A stretch of DNA of 46,906 nucleotides, taken from positions 1 through 46,906 of the forward strand of contig CAZDTP010000028.1 of NCBI GenBank assembly GCA_964508365.1. Reading direction: 5' to 3'. Of the stretch, positions 37,783-46,906 are shown piece by piece; position 1 is the first letter of the stretch, and each line of letters opens with the position of its first letter. The stretch comes from an uncultured archaeon. GTDB lineage: Archaea > Asgardarchaeota > Lokiarchaeia > Sigyniarchaeales > SOKP01. A program made the translations under genes and the position numbers. A model generated the notes under the pieces. That model did not search any database. It saw only the letters and a program-made list of their open reading frames with translations, and was not told the origin of the DNA.

Positions 37783-38862
37783 ATGAATTCCTACGAGCGC
37801 TATTTAGCAGTTTTCGACGAGAGTGGACGAAAGAAGCTCGATAGAGTTCCAACCCATGTCCAATATATCACAGATAAATTTATTGCTAAAAATAAAGAAG
37901 AAATATTAAGTCATTACACTGGAAAATTATTTAACGATGTATATTTCGATATCCCTCTGATCTTAGGTTTTGATTCTATTTTTGCTCCATTTCCTCAAAG
38001 CTTAACATTTAAAAGCATTAAAATCGATAATGGAGAAGGGAAGAATGTTAGAATTGGAGAAAGTGGACAAGCAATTAAGCGTAAGACAACTTATTATGAA
38101 CGTGGTTATGTTAAAAATATAGATATTTTAAATGAGCTTATAGCTAACTCAAAGATTGTAGAGAATTACGAGATGATTAATAAAACTATAATCCGTTATG
38201 AAGAATTATCTCCCTACATTTTTCCTATTTTAACAATAGACGGTATATTCGATCGAGTGTGGAGAAGTATGGGTATGATTGATTTTAGCTATCATTTCAA
38301 TAAAAACACAACCCTTTATAAAGAATTAATTAAATTCTATGCTCACATAACTCAAACTAATTTGGAAGGTTTAATAAACGCTACAGGAAATAGAGGTAAG
38401 GTTATCACTCTTTTAGATGATGTTGCATATAAAGGAAATATTATGATTTCACCTAAAAGGTGGGAACAAGATTTTATGCCCTATTACAAAAAAATTAATT
38501 CAATTATTGCAGACGCTAATATGATTCCTCAAATACATACAGATGGCGATGCTACAGAACTGATTTCTTCTTTTAAAAAAGCTAGATTTCGAGGATTACA
38601 AGGATTTGAAGGGGGGTGTGATCCTGCTTTCATTAATGAACACCATCCAGACTTTGTCGTAATTGGTTTTGGAGATGTGTCTTATACACTACCATACGGA
38701 ACGAGTGACCAAATCGAGTTACATGTAAAGCAATTATTGGATGTATTAAAAGAAAATAGACATTTTATTCTAGGACCAAGTACAGTGATATTTAAAGAGA
38801 TACCTTTAAAAAATGTAAAGAAGTTCATGAATACTGCAAAAAATTATGGAAAATATAATTAA
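37783..38862 (+). CDS. Uroporphyrinogen decarboxylase/MtaA-like superfamily protein
   Basis: LLDDVAYKG..MISPK.W...FMPYYK, QIHTDG and FILGPS pattern. Confidence 0.75.
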   Translation: MNSYERYLAVFDESGRKKLDRVPTHVQYITDKFIAKNKEEILSHYTGKLFNDVYFDIPLILGFDSIFAPFPQSLTFKSIKIDNGEGKNVRIGESGQAIKRKTTYYERGYVKNIDILNELIANSKIVENYEMINKTIIRYEELSPYIFPILTIDGIFDRVWRSMGMIDFSYHFNKNTTLYKELIKFYAHITQTNLEGLINATGNRGKVITLLDDVAYKGNIMISPKRWEQDFMPYYKKINSIIADANMIPQIHTDGDATELISSFKKARFRGLQGFEGGCDPAFINEHHPDFVVIGFGDVSYTLPYGTSDQIELHVKQLLDVLKENRHFILGPSTVIFKEIPLKNVKKFMNTAKNYGKYN

Positions 38863-38923
38863 ATCACATTTTTCTTTAAATTTTTTTTGTACTCTCTCAA
38901 CTTCGAGTTGATATTTCTTAGTT

Positions 38924-40117
38924 TTATTGTTTCTTGATTTTTTTTATTTCTTCTTTTATATTTTCTTGAAGATTCTTTACTTCACGCATTTGTTTACCAA
39001 TTACATCTAAATCTCTTTTTAAAGGACTAGTTTCTGATCGCTTTTCTTTCTCTAAGTCCCTCCTAATTAAATTATACGACTTTATCTGGTTGATATTATT
39101 TATGATATACTCTGTCACATCATTCCTGTCTGTTTTAATTCGTTGCATAGTATCTAAAATTATCGTAATATTATCAATAGAAGTCATCCAATAGCTCAAA
39201 TTTTCGTTCTCTCTTAAAGAATCAATAGCTTGATCGATAAATTCTAAAGCTATTAAAAATACATTTTCAGAGTTAATTTCATGGGTCTGACTTTTTGAAA
39301 AAGGTTCTAATCCTACTTCATCTAAAATATCGGAACTATAGTTAATTAAAATGTTTTCGATAGATAATTGATGTTCAGGAACATCATCTTTTGGATTGAT
39401 TTCTGTGATTTCTGTCACAAGTTTGAGTTCGTCCAACTCAATTTGAGTAATCAATGGAGTGAAACGCACTTGAAGGTGCTTTTTTCCATAAAATTCGTTT
39501 CCTATGCGTATTATCTGAGTGTAGTTTTGTATAAAATCTTCTCCAATGGGGGCGAACAAAACTCCCTCTGAAGAATCAAGCTGAAGCAACAACGGAATAA
39601 TCCTTTCTTGCTTTATAGCACCAGTTACAAGAATTTTTTGCCACGGAGTTAATTCAGGGAGGCCGTTTAATGGATTATCTACAATTACCCTTACTTTATC
39701 TTGAAGACCATTTATCTTTAAATTATCTTGCGTAATCTTGGCAATATCTTGATTTGCTTCTAATATTACGATTTTCCCTTTAGGGGCTAACTTATGTGCA
39801 AGTGCGGCAATATATCCACTTTTAGCCCCTAGGATAAGAAGATCGTCATCTTCTTCTAATAATAACTGTTGTAGCATAATTGAAATCATATGCGGAGCAG
39901 ATATAGTTCTAAGGGTTTCGGGGTTCTCTCTATTCAAGTAAAATAAAACTGGAGCATCAGTATAAATTTTAAAACGGGAATGTAATTCATTCGGTATAAA
40001 TTTCTTTAGAGGCACATCCAAAAAGGCTTTAACTAATCGTATATCTCTCAAGTACCCATTATAAATTAGGGTAAATAATAGCTGAATTTTTGACCGAAAT
40101 AATTTGCGACTCTCCAT
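38924..40117 (-). CDS. Protein-L-isoaspartate O-methyltransferase-like protein with C-terminal helical extension
   Basis: TISAPHM, LILGAKSGYIAAL, PWQKILVTGA, LFAPIG and VRFTPL; about 170-aa C-terminal extension. Confidence 0.75.
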   Translation of the reverse strand: MESRKLFRSKIQLLFTLIYNGYLRDIRLVKAFLDVPLKKFIPNELHSRFKIYTDAPVLFYLNRENPETLRTISAPHMISIMLQQLLLEEDDDLLILGAKSGYIAALAHKLAPKGKIVILEANQDIAKITQDNLKINGLQDKVRVIVDNPLNGLPELTPWQKILVTGAIKQERIIPLLLQLDSSEGVLFAPIGEDFIQNYTQIIRIGNEFYGKKHLQVRFTPLITQIELDELKLVTEITEINPKDDVPEHQLSIENILINYSSDILDEVGLEPFSKSQTHEINSENVFLIALEFIDQAIDSLRENENLSYWMTSIDNITIILDTMQRIKTDRNDVTEYIINNINQIKSYNLIRRDLEKEKRSETSPLKRDLDVIGKQMREVKNLQENIKEEIKKIKKQ

Positions 40118-40217
40118 GTAAACAACAAGATAATGATAAAATTTATAGTTATTATATCTTTTTATATTAAAATATTCGATCTTCGTAATTATGTTACAAC
40201 TTTAGGTTTTTACTTTT

Positions 40218-40799
40218 ATGTTTGTTTTAGATGCATCAAACATTAAAAATGCACGGATTACGATATTTTTGATAACTTTCAATACGCTCCTGTATCTTTT
40301 TTTCTCATTTGGTTTCGAAGATGTATTTTATTTATTAATTCAAATCAATAGTAAAGTGGTCTATGATTTAGAACTATGGCGTTTAGTAACATCAATGTTC
40401 CTACACGGAGATGCTCTACACCTTTTCTCAAACATGGTTTCTCTATTGATTTTTGGATCGTATATTGAACTCAATTTTTCAAAGTATAAATTTGTCGTGA
40501 TATACTTTATTTCAGGTTTTTTAGGAAGTTTGTTTACTGTATTTCTTTTACCTCTAAACACGCTTAGTTTGGGAGCCTCTGGCGCAATCTTCGGGTTAAT
40601 AGGGGCTGCTCTATCAATTTCGATTGTAGAGAGAAACAATCCTTTAATTATTTTAGGATTGATCTATGCTTTTTACTTCGTGATCACATCTTTTTCACCT
40701 GGAATCAACTACTTTGCTCATATTTTTGGTTTATTAGGAGGTTTTTTGTCTTCACTTATTCTAAGAGAAAATAAGAAAAAAATTGATTATTTAAAATAG
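40218..40799 (+). CDS. Rhomboid intramembrane serine protease
   Basis: WRLVTSMFLHG...HLFSNM, GASGAIFG (Ser) and AHIFG (His). Confidence 0.93.
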   Translation: MFVLDASNIKNARITIFLITFNTLLYLFFSFGFEDVFYLLIQINSKVVYDLELWRLVTSMFLHGDALHLFSNMVSLLIFGSYIELNFSKYKFVVIYFISGFLGSLFTVFLLPLNTLSLGASGAIFGLIGAALSISIVERNNPLIILGLIYAFYFVITSFSPGINYFAHIFGLLGGFLSSLILRENKKKIDYLK

Positions 40800-41583
40800 T
40801 CAGAAGCGTCTTTCTTGTCGTGGTCTTGTATATCGCATATCATATTTTTTGGGTAGATTTTTTCTGGTTTTGGTATAAGAAAATATTGCGTTTTGATATT
40901 TAAATCGTAGGTCGCTACAAAATTCTGATGGAAATAACATTATTTAAAGAAAAATGTGCGACAAGAAAGTCTTATGTCCGAATAAAGGACTTGAAAAGAA
41001 AGAAACATAAAGGTGATTTTCAAAAACTGGTATTGAGATGACCGATAATGGCTACCCAAACATGCATCGTTAGTAATGATGGTGTGTGAAGCTTTGGGGA
41101 AAATGTACCTTCAGCATTTAGCTATAAAGTGGTCTGAGGGGCTAGCCAAGGAGCCTAAGGGAAACTAACGTGAAGGTGCGATAAACCTCGTTATTAAAAA
41201 TCGGCGAAATGTAGCTGATACGCCGAGACCAAAAAGGTGAGTTGCCGGGTAGAAATGGTATTTTTTCATTTCTTTGTCATCCATTGCGCAACCGGGGGAA
41301 AGTGCCTCCCTAAGGGCTCTGCTGAACATCGGATATAAGGAACTTGGTAAACCCAATAAGTCCCATATATGTATGTGTTATGGTATCCTGACCGTGAGGA
41401 AAGGTGAAGATTTAGTGGGCAGAGGATGCTGGAGAAAGCGAATGCCATGCTGTAATGGTATGGATAGGGCTGTAGTCTTGGTTGAACTACAGAGATACCC
41501 AACTTGAAAGGGTGCTGACTTCCTAAACAGGTCTCAACGAAAGAAACATATTGAAAAATCTTAACTGGAGGTGAAGTTAGACG

Positions 41584-43083
41584 ATGTGTGAAAGCATTGA
41601 ACAGAACAAAGGGCGTGTGTTAGATTGGGATAATATCTAATGGGATATTCCCAGACTACACGTAAGACGGCTTCAAGAACGAATCTTTCGAGTAACCCGT
41701 GATAAGGACTGGGCGAAGGTTAAGAACCTTCAGAAACTCCTTGTTAGATCACATTCTGCGAGGCTCTTGGCTGTTAGAAGAATCACGCAGGAAAATAAAG
41801 GCAAGAATACGCCGGGAATTGATGGACAGATATACGCAACTTCTAAAGCTCGTTTAGAATTACTTAAGGACATCCGTCAAACCAATATATTTAATTACAA
41901 ATGTAAACCGCTCAGACGTGTATATATTCCTAAAAGTAGCGGAGATAAGCGACCCTTAGGGATTCCAACGGTTAAGGATCGAGTTATGCAAATGCTCGCG
42001 AAGTTAGCTTTGGAGCCTGAGTGGGAAGCTCGGTTTGAACCCCATTCGCACGGTTTCAGACCGGGACGGCGATGCATGGATGCTATTTGGCAAATCTGGC
42101 ACTCTATTCGGGTAGTAAGAATGTTTCAAAAGAGTGAATGGATTTTGGATGCGGACATTTCTGGATGCTTTGACAATATTAAACACGATGCATTGCTTAA
42201 AAGAATTCCCGTATTTCGGGAACCAGTAAGGAGATGGCTAAAATCAGGGATAATTGAATTCGGAAAATATTTTCAGACAAAAGCGGGCACACCGCAAGGT
42301 GGAATTATAAGTCCCTTACTCGCAAATATAACTTTGGATGGCATGGAACGACTCTTTGGAGCGGAAAACTCCAAGGGTAATTACACCGCACCAGTTCATA
42401 GAAGAGGTGATAATAGGAGGCTTAATTTAATTCGATATGCGGATGATTTTGTGGTGACGGCACCGTCGAGAGAAAGGATCGTAAGTTATGTGCTTCCGAA
42501 GCTTAGAATCTTTCTTAAAGAAAGAGGAATGGAGTTAAACGAAGCCAAAACGAAGATCGTGCATCGAGATGAGGGATTTGATTTTCTTGGTTTCAGTATC
42601 CGTCAATATTACAATAAAACTCGAGGAATATGTTTAGCAAAACCTTCTAAGAAAGCTGTTAAACATCATTTAGAAAACATTAAAATAATGATTTCAAAGA
42701 ATAAACAAATGAAAGCAGATGACCTAATCTCTAAATTAAACCCGATAATTAGAGGCTGGGCTAATTACTACTGCTACAGTAGTGCAAAAGAAACTTTCAA
42801 TTACATTGATTATCGAATATGGAAGATGTTATGGCAGTGGTGCTTACGACGCCATATAAATAAGGGAAAACAGTGGATACGACATCGATATTTTATGAAT
42901 TTCGGTAAAACAAGATGGATTTTTGGAGAACGAAAGGAAAATGTGTTATTGTTTTGTCGTTCCTTTCGAGCGGGTGTGAAATACACACCCGTAAAGGGAT
43001 ATAATAGTCCGTATGATGCGAGTTTGCATGAATATTGGAGTAATCGTTATGGTAAATCTTGGCGGGAAACAACGCCTATGTGA
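41584..43083 (+). CDS. ltrA: Group II intron reverse transcriptase/maturase, interrupted by in-frame TAA at 41638-41640, no HNH domain (possible pseudogene)
   Basis: GGAGGTGA then ATG at 41584; WDNI*W...VRRLQERI N-terminal region, TPGIDG, RPLGIPTVKDR, DADISGCFDNI, GTPQGGIISPLLANI, YADD, FDFLGF, X domain LNPIIRGWANYY; ends after SPYD...YW. Confidence 0.9.
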
Positions 43084-43101
43084 TCGATGGTTTTGAGGCG
43101 C

Positions 43102-43177
43102 GAGCCCCGTGCGGGGAAACTCGCACGCGGGGTTCCTAAAAAAGGAAGAGGATAGCAATATCTTCTCCTTATTTAAC
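43102..43177 (+). ncRNA. Group II intron catalytic domain V and branch-point domain VI
   Basis: 34-nt GAGCCCCGTGCGGGGAAACTCGCACGCGGGGTTC with AGC triad and GAAA tetraloop; D6 stem with GCAA loop and an unpaired A seven nt from the 3' end. Confidence 0.93.
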
Positions 43178-43491
43178 TTAATTTGATTTTGAAGAGAATT
43201 TTTTGATCTCCTAAGCAAGAAATTTGATAAAGATGCTTGTTTAATCATAATGAATGTCTCTAACGATTTATCTCTTGAAAGAAATCCTCGATCTCACTAC
43301 GAATCTTTGACCATGGAACAGGTAATCGACTTAAGAAAGAAATTGATTAGACATTTGAATATGGTTATTAGCCTGCTTTTCAATTAAACATCTGATTATA
43401 TTAGCATAGAAATTCAATTTGGTCCCTTTCCTTAATAATAACCTTTTAATATATATATTTTTAAGACTATACACTTCTGCAAAATTTAAGA

Positions 43492-44655
43492 ATGATGAAG
43501 AAACAAATAACAAAACGCCAGCATTGGAATCCCAGAATGCATTTAAAACATTTTGCAATAAATGGTAATATCTATGTTTATGATAAAAAAACTATGAATG
43601 TAGAGTTGAGATCCATAGAAAATACAGCAGTAGGGAAGTGGTTTTATGATAGGGATAATAGCATTGAAAACAAATTAAGCAAAATCGAAAGTAATGTGGA
43701 TAGAATTTTTTTAAAAATAATCAGAACTAAGCGCATTGACAATTTAACAATTGAAGAAAGAAAAAATCTTAACGAGTTTATGGTATTGCAAGATTATCGA
43801 ACACCGAATAGTAGAAATCAGTATGAAATGATATATCACGAACACTTAAGAGTATTTATAAATTCGATGAGAAATGGTGAAATCGATGAAAATTTGTTAC
43901 CAGATGGAATGCCTAAGGAATTATGGAAAAATATGCCTGAACCAAGGGAAAATTTCATAAAATTCCTTCAAAAGATAAAAGAAGACTTTAACTATTTTGC
44001 TGAATTCAACAAAGAAAGTGCAATAAGAGTAACAAACATGATCATCAGGGGTATATTACCTAGTAGGATCAAGTTATTTTCTAAATTAAAACTTAGGTTG
44101 TTTATAAACTCATCTGATGCTGACTTCCTCACTTCAGATCATCCTTTATGTCGTTATAATCAATACATGATGGATTCATTTGGTCATATTACTGATAAAG
44201 GAATAGGATACAATTCAAAAGGCATACAATTTTTTTATCCGTTAACTCCAAAATTGTGTTTAGCATTTGAAGATGGAAAAACATATGAGATGTATGAAGA
44301 TGTGACGGCGGTGGATCATGAATTCGTTAATTTCGTGAATGCAAGGATTATTCAGAACTCCAAACAGTGGCTTTATTCGCAAACTAACAGTTTTAATTTT
44401 GTAAATAACTTTCTTGGAGATTACCCACATTTTAGAAATTCTGATATTTTATTTGGATTATGGAGAATACCTAAAACCGATTTAGAAAGAGCTATTTGTG
44501 AACATTTCTACGGAAAAGAAGCACGAAGGAAGCTCGAAAATTATGTTAATCATCTAATCAAAAAAGGGGCGACCAAACAAGAAGTTGAACAAATTTACGC
44601 TCAATACGATTTAGAATACAAAATGGCATTAGAAAATGGTCAAATGCAGAACTAA
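43492..44655 (+). CDS. DUF4238-like protein
   Basis: N-terminal RQHWNPRMHLKHF (compare HYVPxxYLxxF) and FLTSDHP, PLTPKLCL motifs. Confidence 0.72.
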   Translation: MMKKQITKRQHWNPRMHLKHFAINGNIYVYDKKTMNVELRSIENTAVGKWFYDRDNSIENKLSKIESNVDRIFLKIIRTKRIDNLTIEERKNLNEFMVLQDYRTPNSRNQYEMIYHEHLRVFINSMRNGEIDENLLPDGMPKELWKNMPEPRENFIKFLQKIKEDFNYFAEFNKESAIRVTNMIIRGILPSRIKLFSKLKLRLFINSSDADFLTSDHPLCRYNQYMMDSFGHITDKGIGYNSKGIQFFYPLTPKLCLAFEDGKTYEMYEDVTAVDHEFVNFVNARIIQNSKQWLYSQTNSFNFVNNFLGDYPHFRNSDILFGLWRIPKTDLERAICEHFYGKEARRKLENYVNHLIKKGATKQEVEQIYAQYDLEYKMALENGQMQN

Positions 44656-44737
44656 AATTTTTTAAATTCCTCAAATTATAAGAATTAATTCAGTTCTGAT
44701 TTATATCTTTTAATTTTTTCCCTTGTTTCTGCAGTAA

Positions 44738-45151
44738 GATTCAATTAGACTCATTTCAGTCGACTATACTTATATATCTGAGTGGAGCAAGATATCGGAA
44801 AAACTCGAAAAGTTTTACCAGTCGGGAGATCGAATGTTATTAATTGTTTTATTGGGTCAGACTGAAAAACACATTAAAAACTTTAGAGAGAGTTTACAAA
44901 AAGCTACTGAGGACGACGACGGTTCATTACATCTTGAAAATGTAAAAATATTAACCTCAAAAGAATACAATGAATTTCTCGGATTTGACGGGCACCATGC
45001 GAAAACTTTTGAGCTTTATCAAAAATTAGCCTTCAACATTTTCAGCTCAAAAAGATTGCTTTATGATGCAGCCTTACAATCTAATCTTGTTGCTAAAGAA
45101 TTAGCGGCTCTTAACAAAGACTGGATTAATACCTATCTAAGGCAACGCTAA
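44738..45151 (+). pseudogene. Probable 5'-truncated gene fragment (ORF-track start at 44834)
   Basis: Frame stays open 32 codons upstream of the Met (DSIRLISVDYTYISEWSKISEKLESFYQSGDR) with no start codon, and reads like the tail of a larger protein. Confidence 0.45.
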
Positions 45152-45213
45152 TTAGTGAAAGTTTAAATACTTTTTTTATATATATTTTTGTAGATTTAAG
45201 GTATTAAATCCTT

Positions 45214-46428
45214 TTGGGTTTTAAATTGAAAATTAATCATTTAATTAAGTTAGTATCGGAAGCTTCTAATGGACAAGACAAATTCAAAGAAGGGACTATA
45301 GGATTTAACGGTTATGGTTTTGTTTTTAGGGAGTTCGATTATAACTCTAAAGATTCCTTTGTTATTGGGGATGGAAGCAGTAAGCTTTGTTCGATTGGTG
45401 CTTTTAGGGACCTTTACGAAAGGTCTTTAGAACGCCTAGACTCTCTGGAGGATTTAGCAGAAATAGTAGAGTACGATCGAGACTCTGATTTATATTTTGG
45501 TGGAGCAATAAAAACATTAGTTCCTGACGTAGAGTTTGGAGGTTACGAAGACTTATATTGCGTATGGATGTTCGTTAAGACCCCTCAAGGCAAGATGTTT
45601 CCAACAACCTTTTATCACGGAAAATCTGGGGCTTCGGTCGGAGCTTGGTCTCCTGATTATCGCGCTTTTCTTTTTGCAGAAGAAAGGACTCTTCCTCAAG
45701 ATTTTGAATCGATTGTAAATTTTAGCCCATTTAATTTTACAAAAATAGAATTAGAAGAATTTATCGAGGCTCTTAAACTTGCTTTAAATAAGGTGCCTAT
45801 TTCTGATTTTGAGGGCGTTTACGAGGACGATTTTGGAAAGGAATTAATGAGGATAAAGTCAAGCGAGCCTTTCGTAGAACCTCTGGAAGTCGAACATGAG
45901 AAGATCAATACGTGGTCGTATTCTATCATGGGAAACGACGAGGCATGGGATTTTTCTTCTGATTTTGTACATATTATGCTCGACTATCTTACTCCAGAAG
46001 AAGACGATAAATATCCTAGAGAAATTCCAAAACAACTGTTTAAAAGTTTAATCGAAAGAGCATACGATCGATTAATCGCTTACGCTTGTGAAAAGAAGTC
46101 TCGGTTAGCGTTTATGATTCTTGGTCGTTCTTTAATGCTACACAAATGTAAAATTACAGAAGAACTTCGCCAAACCATTCTTAAATATTCTGATTGGGAT
46201 TACGAAAAAGATCAGTTAAAAGACGAGAGAGACCGCAAGGAAAGAAAAGAATTTCTAAATGATTTCCGCGAGAAGATTAAAGCCTACGACGGATCAAAAG
46301 TAGTGAAAGTCCCCTTCTATACCGTTACTCGGGTTATCAATGAGAAGAGAGAGAAAGGAGACACTACCCCAGTTAACCGCCAAAATATCGATTATTCAAT
46401 CGAAAATTCTGGGAGTACATTAAATTAA
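45214..46428 (+). CDS. Hypothetical two-domain protein
   Basis: 404-codon ORF; the C-terminal half begins WSYSIMGNDEAWDF, loosely DUF4259-like. Confidence 0.65.
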   Translation: MGFKLKINHLIKLVSEASNGQDKFKEGTIGFNGYGFVFREFDYNSKDSFVIGDGSSKLCSIGAFRDLYERSLERLDSLEDLAEIVEYDRDSDLYFGGAIKTLVPDVEFGGYEDLYCVWMFVKTPQGKMFPTTFYHGKSGASVGAWSPDYRAFLFAEERTLPQDFESIVNFSPFNFTKIELEEFIEALKLALNKVPISDFEGVYEDDFGKELMRIKSSEPFVEPLEVEHEKINTWSYSIMGNDEAWDFSSDFVHIMLDYLTPEEDDKYPREIPKQLFKSLIERAYDRLIAYACEKKSRLAFMILGRSLMLHKCKITEELRQTILKYSDWDYEKDQLKDERDRKERKEFLNDFREKIKAYDGSKVVKVPFYTVTRVINEKREKGDTTPVNRQNIDYSIENSGSTLN

Positions 46429-46771
46429 TTAAAAGAATTGACCTAAGCAGACAACATCCGATCTTCCAAAGCGAAAGAATGCCTGGCGCCCCTAGATCTC
46501 AATATTTCGAGGGTTTTTTAAGAATGTATCCGATGGATGCGATTAAAACGATGAAAGAGGGAGAAATTTGTTAAGTTTTTTACTAATCCTCGTAATACCC
46601 CAAAGCAGACTACGAGAAGATTTTTACCTTTCACGGTTAGGAATTATGGGAATTTGCAGCAGCAAAAAAATCGATTCGAAATGCGATATGTGTCCATTCT
46701 CTAATTTTTACACTAATTTATAATTTAAATATTCTCAGAACAAATAAGCGTGATGAACAAACATATTGAAC

Positions 46772-46906
46772 TCACAATTTCTTTTTCCTTTTACTTTTCA
46801 TTGCTAATTCCATTGAAAAATCTTGTGGGCATATGGCATTTAATGGGCAAGAATCACATTTAGGATGAATAGGTAAACACACTTCTTGACCAAATCGTAC
46901 AAATAA
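46772..46906 (-). CDS. nth: Endonuclease III (HhH-GPD) C-terminus, partial at window edge
   Basis: LFVRFGQEVCLPIHPKCDSCPLNAICP gives the C-X6-C-X2-C-X5-C FCL 4Fe-4S motif; stop at 46772-46774; not in the ORF track. Confidence 0.85.
   Translation of the reverse strand, partial: LFVRFGQEVCLPIHPKCDSCPLNAICPQDFSMELAMKSKRKKKL

Larger units (their letters stand above)
40956..43177 (+). mobile_element. Full-length group II intron (2222 nt) with intron-encoded RT/maturase
   Basis: 5' GTGCG at 40956; EBS1 ATTTTT (41260-41265) in a 7-bp hairpin loop complementary to IBS1 AAAAAT (40950-40955); domain V at 43102-43135; domain VI with bulged A at 43171; AAC 3' end at 43177. Confidence 0.92.

Noticed and set aside
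41165-41507. Short ORFs inside the intron 5' region (41165..41356, 41266..41502, 41274..41507)
   Set aside because: They overlap structured ribozyme domain I, including the EBS1 hairpin; higher GC explains the open frames.
41638-41640. Selenocysteine or pyrrolysine recoding of the IEP internal stop
   Set aside because: The codon is TAA, not TGA or TAG, so Sec/Pyl decoding does not apply.
42946-43558. Minus-strand ORFs 42946..43248 and 43331..43558
   Set aside because: They cross the intron D5/D6 or the DUF4238-like start and have no motifs; only the exon part of the first was kept as a weak remnant.
507-46428. Many 60-120 aa ORF-track entries antisense to or overlapping long genes (e.g. 507..713, 5352..5660, 12117..12407, 29756..30082, 33133..33492)
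   Set aside because: Shadow ORFs on the opposite strand of well-supported genes, with no recognisable motifs.
46380-46574. Plus-strand open frame overlapping the end of the 404-aa ORF (...KFWEYIKLIKRIDLSRQHPIFQSERMPGAP...)
   Set aside because: No convincing start, short, and no recognisable homology.
1-46906. tRNA, rRNA or CRISPR arrays
   Set aside because: No cloverleaf T-arm/anticodon patterns in intergenic DNA, no rRNA-like GC-rich stretch and no regularly spaced repeats seen by eye; tRNAscan-SE or CRT would confirm.

Overview
AT-rich archaeal chromosomal window, most likely from an Asgard archaeon of the Lokiarchaeia/Promethearchaeota type. This is inferred from Alba, an archaeal histone, a SEC11-type signal peptidase, herA/nurA/mre11/rad50, a thiolase-DUF35 pair and the style of the hypothetical proteins. 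Left to right it contains: (1) an ACT-hom-thrC operon in which thrC appears to start at an ACG codon; (2) a CoA-transferase alpha subunit, DUF169 and Fe-S genes; (3) a bacterial-like cluster joining the Thermotoga-type inositol pathway (iolM, iolN, iolO) to hexuronate catabolism (uxaE, uxaC, uxuA, uxuB), with a degenerate direct repeat of the CoA-transferase 5' end on either side; (4) lipid/acyl-CoA and housekeeping genes; (5) divergent alba and a short-alpha3 (face-to-face/Bd0055-like) histone next to a herA-nurA-mre11-rad50 operon with non-canonical order and motifs; (6) an accessory island (about 40.8-46.7 kb) holding a full-length group II intron, whose IEP has an early nonsense codon and no HNH domain, followed by DUF4238-like and orphan genes; (7) the 3' end of an endonuclease III gene at the window edge. 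All family assignments come from motif recognition, not database searches. No tRNA, rRNA or CRISPR array was seen.
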